DNA of 31,266 nt, from contig JBFGZE010000031.1 of NCBI GenBank assembly GCA_041586955.1, forward strand, positions 1 through 31,266. Direction: 5' to 3'. Source of the DNA: Bacteriovoracaceae bacterium (lineage in GTDB: Bacteria > Bdellovibrionota > Bacteriovoracia > Bacteriovoracales > Bacteriovoracaceae). Every line of letters begins with the position of its first letter. Position 1 is the first letter of the stretch. Under the pieces are notes generated by a model. The model searched no databases. It saw only the letters and a list, made by a program, of their open reading frames with translations, and was not told where the DNA came from. A program made the translations under genes and the position numbers. Of this stretch, positions 9,156-18,218 are shown in pieces.

Positions 9156-10132
9156 GAGTTTCTTTTATTTTGACGGATAAGGCCATTGATCGCATCAGCA
9201 CTATCAACGGCAGAATCCCAAGCGGTATAGATTTGCTTCTTAATGCCCGCGCGCAAATCACCCGCAACATAAAGGCCTTCAACACTAGAAAGGCCCTTCG
9301 CATCCGTGATAACAAAACCTCGGTCATCTACTTCGGCCCCCAGCTGAACGGCCAACTCATTATAACAAATCATCCCTAGAGAAATAAAGCAGATCTCTGT
9401 CTCAAAACGAGTTTTTCCCTCGAGCTCAAAGCCCTCAAGAATTAAGTCCTTCGCTTTACCTAATACTTTGGTAATCCGCTCTTTCCTAACTTCGATGCCA
9501 TAACGATCTAAAAGGGCCTGTGTCTCTTCAGTAAATTCAGGCTCTTCCCCATTGGTTAGGACTGCCATTGAAGGTGTTTTATAGCGCTCATAAAGCATAA
9601 TACTGACCCATGCGGCACCATTGCCGTGACCAATGACACTCGTTTTTTTTCCAAAGACATGGTGCCCATCACAACGCAAACAATAATCGGCCAATTGCAC
9701 ATTGGCGTAGGGGAGAATAGGATCAATAGAGCCATCAATCATTGGTTGAACATCCATCACACCAGTACAAAGGATGATGTGCTTTGCTCTATAGGTCTCT
9801 CCCTTGTGGGTCATCAGCTGAAAAAAATCGTCGATTTTTCTAATCTCTTCAATGCCAGTATTTTTAATTAAATGGAAATTATCTTTAAAGTCACTCTCCG
9901 CAATCCACGAAAAAGTCTCCTTTCCTGGTTCAACAATTCCTTTACGGTATTTAAAGTGAGCGGGAATATTTTCAACTTTCGCGACCCAAAAAGCACGAGA
10001 TCTTCTTCTATCTCGCGAGGACCCGGGGAAAACAATAACCTCATCATTATTGAGAATGGCCCTTAGCGCGGCCATCGTTCCCGCAGCTCCACCCCCTATC
10101 ACTGCGATAGGATATATTTTTTCACTCATCAT
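9152..10132 (-). CDS. Thioredoxin reductase-like FAD-dependent disulfide oxidoreductase
   Basis: FAD motif VIGGGAAG, LCTG, redox CLRC(DG), TSS/SSVEGLYVAGD-type second FAD motif; AAGGA RBS. Confidence 0.85.
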   Translation of the reverse strand: MMSEKIYPIAVIGGGAAGTMAALRAILNNDEVIVFPGSSRDRRRSRAFWVAKVENIPAHFKYRKGIVEPGKETFSWIAESDFKDNFHLIKNTGIEEIRKIDDFFQLMTHKGETYRAKHIILCTGVMDVQPMIDGSIDPILPYANVQLADYCLRCDGHHVFGKKTSVIGHGNGAAWVSIMLYERYKTPSMAVLTNGEEPEFTEETQALLDRYGIEVRKERITKVLGKAKDLILEGFELEGKTRFETEICFISLGMICYNELAVQLGAEVDDRGFVITDAKGLSSVEGLYVAGDLRAGIKKQIYTAWDSAVDSADAINGLIRQNKRNS

Positions 10133-10144
10133 AATAGAAATCCT

Positions 10145-11509
10145 TTATGATTCTCGAATATCGACCAGAATATTAGGGGACTCATCAGTAAGCTCCTCAT
10201 CAGATCCTACACCTTGAGCTTCTTTTTTGGAAAAGAAATGTTTCTCACCATCGACATCTTTAATACGAACTTGCTTAATTTCAAAATTTTCAACTTCCAT
10301 CAATTCAAAACTTAGACCATGCCATACTATAATCTGATTTTTCTCAGGAAAATTATTGCCAAGCATATCTAGGATGAATCCCGCCAACGTAGAGTAATGA
10401 TCATTGAGCGGAATTTTGATATCGAATTCCCCATAAAGATCCCGCAAAGAAATGGTTCCATCAACTAAAACCCCCTCACCGGATAATTGACCGACTGATT
10501 GGGCCCGGAGGACTTCATCTTCATCATGCTCATCTTGGATTTCTCCAAAAATTTCTTCAATGATATCCTCTAAAGTAACGATACCAACGACGAGACCGTT
10601 CTCATCTTTGACTAAGGCCATATGATTTTTCTTGCGATTCATATGATCAAATACAGCTTGAATTTTCATATGTTCATAGACAAAAAATGGCTCTTTAATA
10701 ATATCTCTAATATTAAATTTTTGTTTTCCCTCACCACGAACGGTTGCCAAATCTTTAACATGAACAAAACCTAGCGTTGAATCGAGGACTTCTTCACAAA
10801 CAGGATAGCGAGAAAAGCCATCCTCTCGTACCAATTCTAACATTTCTTCGAACGTTAAATCATGTTGAATAAATTTAACCTTAACCCGCGATACCATAAT
10901 GTCTTTTACTTTTATGGTGGGGAACTCAAGAATACTATTGAGAAGGTCCAATTGCTTGGAATCCATAGTCTTTTCATTCCCTGCCTTATTAATCATATAT
11001 TCGATATCGTTTTTGGTGACCATTCTCCCGGTCAATTCAGCATTTTCACCGAGAACTGTTTTAATAATAAAAACCATTGTCTGAATAATAGGAAATAATA
11101 GAATACCCAAAGCTCTTAGAACAAATATAACAAATACAGAAAGCTTTTCGGCATGAGTACGGGCAAAAGTCTTAGGAATAATTTCTCCAAAAATAAGAAT
11201 AACGAGAGTGGTGACCCCGGTTGAAATACCAATAGCATCGGATGCAAACAGACGGGCGGTAATCGTGGTCACCAAAGAAGCGGCCAAGATATTCACCACA
11301 TTATTTCCCACTAAAATGGTGGCCAATAATTCGTTTGGCCTCTCCACCATAAAATTAAGAGCACGTCCTTTGCCGCCCCCTTCCTCTATTAATTGTTTGG
11401 CCCGGTCTAAACCGATCGACATCAAGACGGCCTCTGAGCCTGAAAAAAAACCTGAGGTTATAAAACACAATACCAAAAGAACTATTTCATATAATGACAC
11501 TTGTTCCAT
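10145..11509 (-). CDS. CNNM (DUF21)/CBS/CorC-HlyC 'hemolysin family' Mg2+/Co2+ transporter-like protein
   Basis: SGFFSGSEA, LATILVGNNVVN, FGEIIPKT, FSRYPV, GIVTLEDIIEEIFGEIQDEHD, YSTLAGFI. Confidence 0.92.
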   Translation of the reverse strand: MEQVSLYEIVLLVLCFITSGFFSGSEAVLMSIGLDRAKQLIEEGGGKGRALNFMVERPNELLATILVGNNVVNILAASLVTTITARLFASDAIGISTGVTTLVILIFGEIIPKTFARTHAEKLSVFVIFVLRALGILLFPIIQTMVFIIKTVLGENAELTGRMVTKNDIEYMINKAGNEKTMDSKQLDLLNSILEFPTIKVKDIMVSRVKVKFIQHDLTFEEMLELVREDGFSRYPVCEEVLDSTLGFVHVKDLATVRGEGKQKFNIRDIIKEPFFVYEHMKIQAVFDHMNRKKNHMALVKDENGLVVGIVTLEDIIEEIFGEIQDEHDEDEVLRAQSVGQLSGEGVLVDGTISLRDLYGEFDIKIPLNDHYSTLAGFILDMLGNNFPEKNQIIVWHGLSFELMEVENFEIKQVRIKDVDGEKHFFSKKEAQGVGSDEELTDESPNILVDIRES

Positions 11510-11619
11510 ATATTAAACCCTGACCCTTCGTTGGGGCCTTTTCATATAAGAATAAGACAATGAGTTAAAAGAAAGATCCACTCTTTGGTTATTATGCCTA
11601 AAATGAGGGCCTTTTTCTG

Positions 11620-11646
11620 TGATCGGCGGAGGTTCGATAAGCTTTC
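11620..11646 (-). promoter_or_regulatory. Putative sigma28 (FliA) promoter
   Basis: Minus strand GAAAGCTT-N11-GCCGATCA versus consensus TAAAGTTT-N11-GCCGATAA; intergenic and pointing toward the CNNM gene. Confidence 0.5.
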
Positions 11647-11776
11647 CTTATTAAAGTTCACTCAAATATCCTCAAAGCTTTAACGCGATAGGAATCAATG
11701 AAAAACCTTTATTTATTTATTTTATACCCAGATTGAAATAATGTCCATGGGATCAGTAAAATCAATAAGTTAAAAT

Positions 11777-12229
11777 TTAGTGCTCCAAGGGTTTTCCCTC
11801 AAAATCGTGGTCAGAATACACTATTCTATCATTCATCTCATGATCAAAATTAGCTAATTCCTTAATATTCAATACATTACGGAAGATTGTTTGGCATTTA
11901 TAACAGATCGCAATGCTCCCTAACTTTTTAAATAATAACAGGTCAAAAAGATAGAGGACGATAAAGCTAATCCCATAAGTAAAAATGGAAAGAATAGCGG
12001 CAATCACGAAAAGCGCCACACCAATCTTGCGATTGAAATCCTTTTGTTTATAAAAATCTTTCCGCTCACAACAAGGACAAATCTTTAGAATCCCCTTCTC
12101 GTGGTCCGCATTAAAATGGACAGCTACCCTATGCTGACAAACATTACACTCGGCCTTATCTGCTTCAGCGCTTGGAAGAATATTAATACCGCTGCCACAT
12201 TCCGGGCAGGTAAGAGTAACCTCCATCAT
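11777..12229 (-). CDS. Hypothetical zinc-ribbon membrane protein
   Basis: Four CxxC motifs (CPEC, CNVC, CPCC, CYKC) and a hydrophobic hairpin; 4-nt ATGA overlap with the upstream gene. Confidence 0.8.
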   Translation of the reverse strand: MMEVTLTCPECGSGINILPSAEADKAECNVCQHRVAVHFNADHEKGILKICPCCERKDFYKQKDFNRKIGVALFVIAAILSIFTYGISFIVLYLFDLLLFKKLGSIAICYKCQTIFRNVLNIKELANFDHEMNDRIVYSDHDFEGKPLEH

Positions 12230-12993
12230 AAATAAACCCCATACTCAAAAAAGAAATAAGATGAAATAAGCTCACCGATAAAAACAAAGAAGGTCATCGC
12301 ATAAAGAACACCTGTCGCCGATTGGATTGAACGCATTCTGACTAGTCTCCAGGTAAAATAACTCATGCCGGCCACGACCAAATAACCCCAACCCACTCGC
12401 ATAGACAGCATAATCCAGTTAAACATATAGCCCATAGCGCCCTCGGCACCACTTTGGAATAATTGCCAATCCATTCCGATCATCACCGTTGTCAGAATAA
12501 CCTTTAAAACAAGAATGCCTATCATAATATGCACACCCTTTAACAAAAGCTTTTCTGAAAGCTTAGGCGTAACGAGATACCAATGGCCAAGAATCATGGA
12601 AAAAGTAACAGAGCCAAGCAAAAGAGTTGAAGATAGAAAAAAGCTCCATACTTTCAGATTATGATTATGAAACTCCCATAAAGCGAAAGACATGGTGAGA
12701 ATTTGCCCAATATAAAGACCCCACATCACGGGAGACTTTTGATCTTTATGATTCAAATAAACGATTAAATGAAAAAAGCTTGCCAACAAATAGGCCAAAG
12801 ATTGAGGTGATAATAATGGCCCATAACTTAAATACAATAAACAAGCGACAAAACTTGAAATCCCGGCAACCGAAGAAAACAGTCGCATCAGCCCAGCACC
12901 CGTCTTCTCCGTTTGAATAATAAAAAATAAAATTGTTACACCAAGAGATAAGCTTAAAAAGAATTGCTCAGCTAGGTTAAGGATGTCTCCCAT
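12226..12993 (-). CDS. Hypothetical polytopic membrane protein (about 8 TM, GHWYL motif)
   Basis: About eight hydrophobic segments; motifs SMILGHWYLVTPKL and RSIQSATGVLY. Start 12993 (alternative 13005). Confidence 0.8.
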   Translation of the reverse strand: MGDILNLAEQFFLSLSLGVTILFFIIQTEKTGAGLMRLFSSVAGISSFVACLLYLSYGPLLSPQSLAYLLASFFHLIVYLNHKDQKSPVMWGLYIGQILTMSFALWEFHNHNLKVWSFFLSSTLLLGSVTFSMILGHWYLVTPKLSEKLLLKGVHIMIGILVLKVILTTVMIGMDWQLFQSGAEGAMGYMFNWIMLSMRVGWGYLVVAGMSYFTWRLVRMRSIQSATGVLYAMTFFVFIGELISSYFFFEYGVYL

Positions 12994-13466
12994 ATTAAGT
13001 CCCATTGGTTGGCATCTTTATCTGCCAAAAACCGACATAAGTCGCTAATTATTAATTGATTGGCAGCGGGAATCGATGGCCTCCCGTCCAATTCTTGATC
13101 ATCTAAATTGAGATCAAACCACCTTCCCTTATTTTTCAACCGCTCGCCGCATCGCGCCAGCGATGCTAAAAAAACGTGTAAGATGACCTCTCTATCTTTA
13201 TAGGAAAAAGGATAGATTTTAAAGAGCGCGATTTCATCTAATGAAAAACCTACCTCTTCAAGGAACTCCCGACTTGCCGCCATTTCAGCAGTTTCCTGAA
13301 CCTCAATCTTGCCCCCGGGAAACTCCCAGTAACCATCTAGAGGGCCATTTTCACGCCGCCTCTGACAAAAAATACGATACTCTTGAGTCGAGGAACTCTT
13401 ATCTAAAAGAATGACAACTGAAACTGGTATTATCAATGACGCAACCTCCAGTAACCTCTGTAGCAT
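12972..13466 (-). CDS. mutT: MutT-like NUDIX hydrolase (8-oxo-dGTP diphosphatase family)
   Basis: WEFPGGKIEVQETAEMAASREFLEEVG Nudix box and C-terminal PAAN. True start may be TTG at 13436, which has a GGAGG RBS. Confidence 0.85.
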   Translation of the reverse strand: MLQRLLEVASLIIPVSVVILLDKSSSTQEYRIFCQRRRENGPLDGYWEFPGGKIEVQETAEMAASREFLEEVGFSLDEIALFKIYPFSYKDREVILHVFLASLARCGERLKNKGRWFDLNLDDQELDGRPSIPAANQLIISDLCRFLADKDANQWDLIWETSLT

Positions 13467-13524
13467 GAACCCTTAGATTAATAAAGTCATAGACGAATGC
13501 TGTCAATTTCCTTATAAGCTGTTT

Positions 13525-14526
13525 ATGCAATGTCCAATAACCCCCGGATCTATATGTTTTGCCCCCATGGAGGGCGTCACCGATGAAACCTATCGCCTCG
13601 CCATCAATGAGATGTTTCCTGCATGGAGTTATTACTCCACAGATTTTTTACGCATTCCAAAAAATGCCCATATTCCCAAACGCATTATTCTTAAACATTT
13701 TGGTCAGCAGGTTTTTGCGAAGAAAGAGCTTAGTCAAAAAACCAGTTACCAAATTCTAGCGTCGCCAGAGGCGCCTATGGCCGAAGTGGTCCAAAAGATA
13801 AGTGACCTCAACTTTCACCATCTTGACCTCAATCTAGGTTGCCCCTCAAAAAAGGTAAATGCCCACCGAGGTGGCGCCTTTCTACTATCGGACCTGAAGC
13901 TTCTTCAACAAGTCTTGCGTGAGATAAGAACTTATTTTTCTGGCTTTTTTTCCGTCAAAATACGCGTTGGATATAAAGATGATCGCCTTTTTGAGGATAT
14001 TATTCATCTCATTGAAGATGAGGGAGTCGAGGCCATTACCATTCATGGCCGGACAAGAGAACAAGCATATAAGGGGAAGGCCAATTGGGACTATATCAAA
14101 AGAGCAGTGCAACTCACTTCTCTTCCTATTATTGGGAATGGGGATATTTGGACGCCAGTAGATGTTGAGCGAATGTTCGATTATACCAATTGTCATTCAG
14201 TCATGCTAGGTAGAGGTGCGATGAAAACACCTTGGATTGCGGAAACCTTTGAGGAAAACAAAAATCGCATTCATATGATTAATGATGAGCTTTTATTATT
14301 TGAAAGATGTGAATATATTCAACTCTATTTTATCACTCTCCTAAAAAAATATCGCGACAATGGTCTGGATGATGATCATATCCTTAAACGCTTCAAGGGA
14401 TTAAGTCACCAAATTTTTCTTGATTATAAAAATGGAGAAACAATTCGCAGCCTTTTTTTGAGGTCACGCGAAATAAATGAGTATCTCATGTATCTCAATC
14501 AACTCGATAAATTAATTCGTCTATAA
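13525..14526 (+). CDS. dus: tRNA-dihydrouridine synthase family protein
   Basis: APMEGVTD, DLNLGCP (catalytic Cys), SVKIRVG, TIHGRT, IIGNGDI, VMLGRG. Confidence 0.93.
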   Translation: MQCPITPGSICFAPMEGVTDETYRLAINEMFPAWSYYSTDFLRIPKNAHIPKRIILKHFGQQVFAKKELSQKTSYQILASPEAPMAEVVQKISDLNFHHLDLNLGCPSKKVNAHRGGAFLLSDLKLLQQVLREIRTYFSGFFSVKIRVGYKDDRLFEDIIHLIEDEGVEAITIHGRTREQAYKGKANWDYIKRAVQLTSLPIIGNGDIWTPVDVERMFDYTNCHSVMLGRGAMKTPWIAETFEENKNRIHMINDELLLFERCEYIQLYFITLLKKYRDNGLDDDHILKRFKGLSHQIFLDYKNGETIRSLFLRSREINEYLMYLNQLDKLIRL

Positions 14527-14885
14527 TAGAAATAAAAAATAGTGTTCCCTAGGGCGTGGGCGAATATTCCAAGAGGGTTAAAATATAAGATCATTAACAC
14601 AAGATAAAAAATCCAAACGGGACAAAGCAAAATAATAAAATGAAATTTTTCATTTTTAATCCTCTCCCCTAATAACACCAATATCGCATTATTATATTTT
14701 TCAATTATCCACAATAGTGAGAGTCTTGCTTTTTCTTCCTGACTATTTTCAAGAACGATTAGTGGCCAAACAAAACCTAACAAAAAAGAGACGACCAAGA
14801 ATGGGCGAAATCCCCAGTACCAAGAAGGGAGCATCAGGCCAATCGTTATGAAAGCAATGATAAAACCTAATTTTTTATCGGCCAT
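14499..14885 (-). CDS. Small hypothetical membrane protein (about 4 TM)
   Basis: Hydrophobic ORF starting 2 nt after the SDR stop; 3' end overlaps the dus 3' end by 28 nt. Confidence 0.6.
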   Translation of the reverse strand: MADKKLGFIIAFITIGLMLPSWYWGFRPFLVVSFLLGFVWPLIVLENSQEEKARLSLLWIIEKYNNAILVLLGERIKNEKFHFIILLCPVWIFYLVLMILYFNPLGIFAHALGNTIFYFYYRRINLSS

Positions 14886-14887
14886 AA

Positions 14888-15571
14888 TTAACTCATAAAA
14901 CAATCTTTATCTTGGAAAACAATTTCTCTAAAGACCATATTAAGTGGACTTTTAAGAACCATTTCAAAAACGTGAATAAAGTCCTCTGGGTCTAGCATTT
15001 TTTCGCGGTCAATAGCGGACTCCATTTTTTCCCAAAGGGGTGTATCAATTGGGCCAGGTACAAGCGTTGTAAAGCGAATCCCCAAATTTTTCCATTCTTC
15101 ACGCACGGATTCCAATAGCCCGCTAAGCGCCCATTTTGAAGCACAATACGCCGACGCTTGGGCATAGCCTCTTTTGGCGGCCATAGAGGAAATATTAATG
15201 ATATGGGACTTTCTCTCTATAAGGAGTGGAAAGCTATGCTTAAATATATGAAAAGGGCCTAAAACATTTGTTTCGAGATGATTTTTAAAACTCTCACTCG
15301 GCATCTTTACCACCGGATTGGCCTCAAAAACCCCTGCACTATTGACGATGACATGAAGTCCAATCGCCTGCTTAGAAATTTCGTTAAACATTTTAATAAC
15401 TGATTGCTCGTTACGAACATCAACATTAAGGGGAATAAAATGAGGATGAGAAATGTCTGGATAGCTTCGACTTCCTCCGAAAACGACATAACCCTCTTCC
15501 AATAAGTAATAAGTCATTTCAAGGCCAATGCCTGAAGAACAGCCTGTAACTAAAGCATAAAGCGCAGACAT
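14888..15571 (-). CDS. SDR family NAD(P)-dependent oxidoreductase
   Basis: TGCSSGIG, VNSAG, NISS, YCASK, PGPIDT; GGAG RBS before Met at 15571. Confidence 0.92.
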   Translation of the reverse strand: MSALYALVTGCSSGIGLEMTYYLLEEGYVVFGGSRSYPDISHPHFIPLNVDVRNEQSVIKMFNEISKQAIGLHVIVNSAGVFEANPVVKMPSESFKNHLETNVLGPFHIFKHSFPLLIERKSHIINISSMAAKRGYAQASAYCASKWALSGLLESVREEWKNLGIRFTTLVPGPIDTPLWEKMESAIDREKMLDPEDFIHVFEMVLKSPLNMVFREIVFQDKDCFMS

Positions 15572-15693
15572 AATCACTCCCTGATAATTTCTGCAAAAGT
15601 ACAATTTCTATAGATTAGTATAAGTGAAAGAATTGGAGAAGAGAAACATAGAGATCCTCCTCTCCCGAAAAAGAATTAAGACGTGGCCAGACC

Positions 15694-17253
15694 TTACTTC
15701 GCCACACCGACTGCTTTAGTCTCCCTTAAAACTGTAATTTTGATTGTTCCCGGGTATGACATTTCACTTTCAATTTTCTTAGCAATATCTCGTGAAAGCA
15801 TAACTGTTTCCTCATCATTAACCTTGTCGTTTTCAACGAAAACTCGAACTTCTCGACCACCCGAAATGGCATAAGAGCGTGAAACGCCATCAAATGTATT
15901 AACGATTTCTTCAATATCTGTTAAGCGTGATACATAAGACTCCATCATTGCTTTTCGTGCACCTGGACGGGCACCGGAAAGGGCGTCAGAGGCAGCTACC
16001 AAGTGGGCCAGAACTGACTCAGGTTTTTCATCATCATGATGCGCTCTAATAGCATGGACAATATCAGGTGCTTCGCCATATTTTTTCGCAAAATCGGCAC
16101 CAATCACGGCATGAGAGCCCTCAGCTGAGGCATCAATGACTTTCCCAATATCATGGAGAAGACCAGCGCGACGGGCCTGTTTCACATTAAGTCCTAATTC
16201 TGCCGCCATAGTTCCACAAATAAAAGCGGCTTCCAACGCATGTTGATATTGGTTTTGAGTATAGGAAGTTCTCCAATTAAGAGCACCAACTAGCTTTAAA
16301 ATTTCAGGGTGAATCCCATGAACGCCTATTTCCATTTGCGCTTTTTGACCCAAATCTAATAATTCCTTCTCAAGTTCACTTTTTGATTTATCGTGAAACT
16401 CTTCAATTTTTGCAGGATGAATTCGCCCATCCGCAATTAGCTTTTCAATCGTTCGCCTAGAAATTTCGCGGCGGATCACATTAAAAGAAGAAATAACAAC
16501 AACCTCAGGCGTGTCATCGATAATTAGGTCAACACCACAGATTTGCTCGAAAGCGCGAATATTTCGCCCCTCTCTACCAATCAATCGCCCCTTGACGTCA
16601 TCAGTCGGCAAATTAACAGTTGAGATAGTTTTCTCTGCCACATATTCGCCGGCAAAACGCTGAATCGCGATACCAACTAATCTCTTGGCCTTACCTTCGG
16701 CCTCTTCTTTGTACTCTTCTTCTAGTCTTCTATATTCTTTAGCGAAATCAACTTTCGCCTCCTCTTCCATTGCTTTTACGAGCTCAGATTTGGCCTCTTC
16801 CCTTGTCATCCCACTCATTTCACTTAATTTATGAGCTAATTCTTCTTGCTTTTGTTTATAACGTTCCACTTCTTGGTCGATGCGCTTACGAGATTCAATC
16901 GCTTCCGCCTCAAGACGTTTAACCCTCTCTACTTCTTTTTCTTGCTCAGCAATTTTATTGGCCAACTTACTTTCTTTTGAGGCCAGTTCTTTTTCCTGAT
17001 TTTTAAAATCGCCTAGCTTTTTTCTTAACTCTTGCTCAGCAATCTCTTTTTCCTCTTTGGCAATTAGCTTCGCCTCTTTTCTCGCCTTATACTTAATCTC
17101 ATTGGCCTGCTCTTTTGCCTTTTCGATAATGCCATCGCCCTTTCCCTGTAATTGCTTCTTTTCACTGACCACAGCTTGATTGCGAATAAAATATCCTACG
17201 GCAAGACCAACGAGCAAAAATAAGGCCGTTGCTAAAATCATTGTTATATCCAT
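15694..17253 (-). CDS. rny: Ribonuclease Y
   Basis: N-terminal TM, coiled coil, KH domain (KGRLIGREGRNIR), HD domain (LLHDIGK), ARPGAR, GREVRV, YPGTIKITVLRE; GAGGAG RBS. Confidence 0.97.
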   Translation of the reverse strand: MDITMILATALFLLVGLAVGYFIRNQAVVSEKKQLQGKGDGIIEKAKEQANEIKYKARKEAKLIAKEEKEIAEQELRKKLGDFKNQEKELASKESKLANKIAEQEKEVERVKRLEAEAIESRKRIDQEVERYKQKQEELAHKLSEMSGMTREEAKSELVKAMEEEAKVDFAKEYRRLEEEYKEEAEGKAKRLVGIAIQRFAGEYVAEKTISTVNLPTDDVKGRLIGREGRNIRAFEQICGVDLIIDDTPEVVVISSFNVIRREISRRTIEKLIADGRIHPAKIEEFHDKSKSELEKELLDLGQKAQMEIGVHGIHPEILKLVGALNWRTSYTQNQYQHALEAAFICGTMAAELGLNVKQARRAGLLHDIGKVIDASAEGSHAVIGADFAKKYGEAPDIVHAIRAHHDDEKPESVLAHLVAASDALSGARPGARKAMMESYVSRLTDIEEIVNTFDGVSRSYAISGGREVRVFVENDKVNDEETVMLSRDIAKKIESEMSYPGTIKITVLRETKAVGVAK

Positions 17254-17290
17254 TCAATTTCTCCTCAATAATAAAATGGCAAATTATGGC

Positions 17291-17899
17291 CTAGGTCCTA
17301 AAATCATAAACTTGCTTATCAGTAACCACGTAGTCCATGGCCATATCATGATTGCAAGAAGGCACCTTTTCCAAGATTTGTTCTTCTAAACATATTCCTA
17401 TTTTAAAACCAGTAAACATTTTTAAATATCTATCGTAATAACCTCCGCCTTTTCCAAGACGATCCCCCTGAGTATCAAATGCGATACCAGGAATAAGTAA
17501 GCACGATAACTCTTCCTTGGATGCTATTTTTGCATCACGAGGGGGCACAAGGATTTCAGGCCCAAAACAATTTGATGGTATTAATTCCTTTATTCCCGAA
17601 AAGAAAAAATCCATCTCCCCTTGGGCCGTAAAGCGGGGAAAGGCCCATTTAATCTCGAGTTGATTCAATCCCTCAGAATACCAATTGGCTTCTGTACTCA
17701 TAGGGGCATAAGCTCCAACTCTTAAATTATCGTTTGGACAATCAAGTGAACTTTTGAGAAATCCTTCTTTTCGTCCTAAAAATTGGATTAGCTGAAGGGA
17801 CAATAGATCATTTTTATTTTTCCAATCCAGCTTAGAAACGTTCGCAAACCTCTTTTTTACGAACTTTCGGGCAAGATTTTTTTGGCTTGAATTAGTCAC
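17291..17899 (-). CDS. ygfA: 5-formyltetrahydrofolate cyclo-ligase
   Basis: LIPGIAFDTQGDRLGKGGGYYDRYL and HDMAMDYVVTD; GTG start; position between zapA and rny. Confidence 0.93.
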   Translation of the reverse strand: MTNSSQKNLARKFVKKRFANVSKLDWKNKNDLLSLQLIQFLGRKEGFLKSSLDCPNDNLRVGAYAPMSTEANWYSEGLNQLEIKWAFPRFTAQGEMDFFFSGIKELIPSNCFGPEILVPPRDAKIASKEELSCLLIPGIAFDTQGDRLGKGGGYYDRYLKMFTGFKIGICLEEQILEKVPSCNHDMAMDYVVTDKQVYDFRT

Positions 17900-17904
17900 A
17901 CCAT

Positions 17905-18210
17905 TTAAACTGTTGTTGGCGATACTTCTTCAATAAAACGCTGAACATTCCCAGTTATTCCCTGGAAGGTTTCTACATTTTCTTTATACTCAGCTCTTAA
18001 AGTCAATAATTCTTCAGCAAGCTTAAGGGCCGTTAACATGGCCAATTGCCCCTGATTGAGACCTGGGAAATTTTCCCTGATTTTTAATGATTCTTCTTCA
18101 ATTTTATCCACAACTTGCATTGGACTAATAGAAGAATCCATATCTTCGGCCTTAATTTTGACCTTATAACCTAAAATGTCATATTCTCTTTTTTCTATTT
18201 GATTATCCAT
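17905..18210 (-). CDS. zapA: Cell division protein ZapA
   Basis: 101 aa; ILGYKVKI beta region, LAMLTALKLAEEL helix, C-terminal coiled coil; synteny with ygfA and rny. Confidence 0.8.
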   Translation of the reverse strand: MDNQIEKREYDILGYKVKIKAEDMDSSISPMQVVDKIEEESLKIRENFPGLNQGQLAMLTALKLAEELLTLRAEYKENVETFQGITGNVQRFIEEVSPTTV

Positions 18211-18218
18211 ACCGTATC

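Noticed and set aside
10145..11509. 'Hemolysin' as a toxin
   Set aside because: DUF21-CBS-CorC architecture indicates a CNNM/CorB-type Mg2+ transporter; the hemolysin label is historical.
11510..11776. Candidate location for a displaced 6S RNA, M-box or c-di-GMP riboswitch
   Set aside because: No long closing stem with central bubble and no recognisable riboswitch consensus by eye; needs a covariance-model search.
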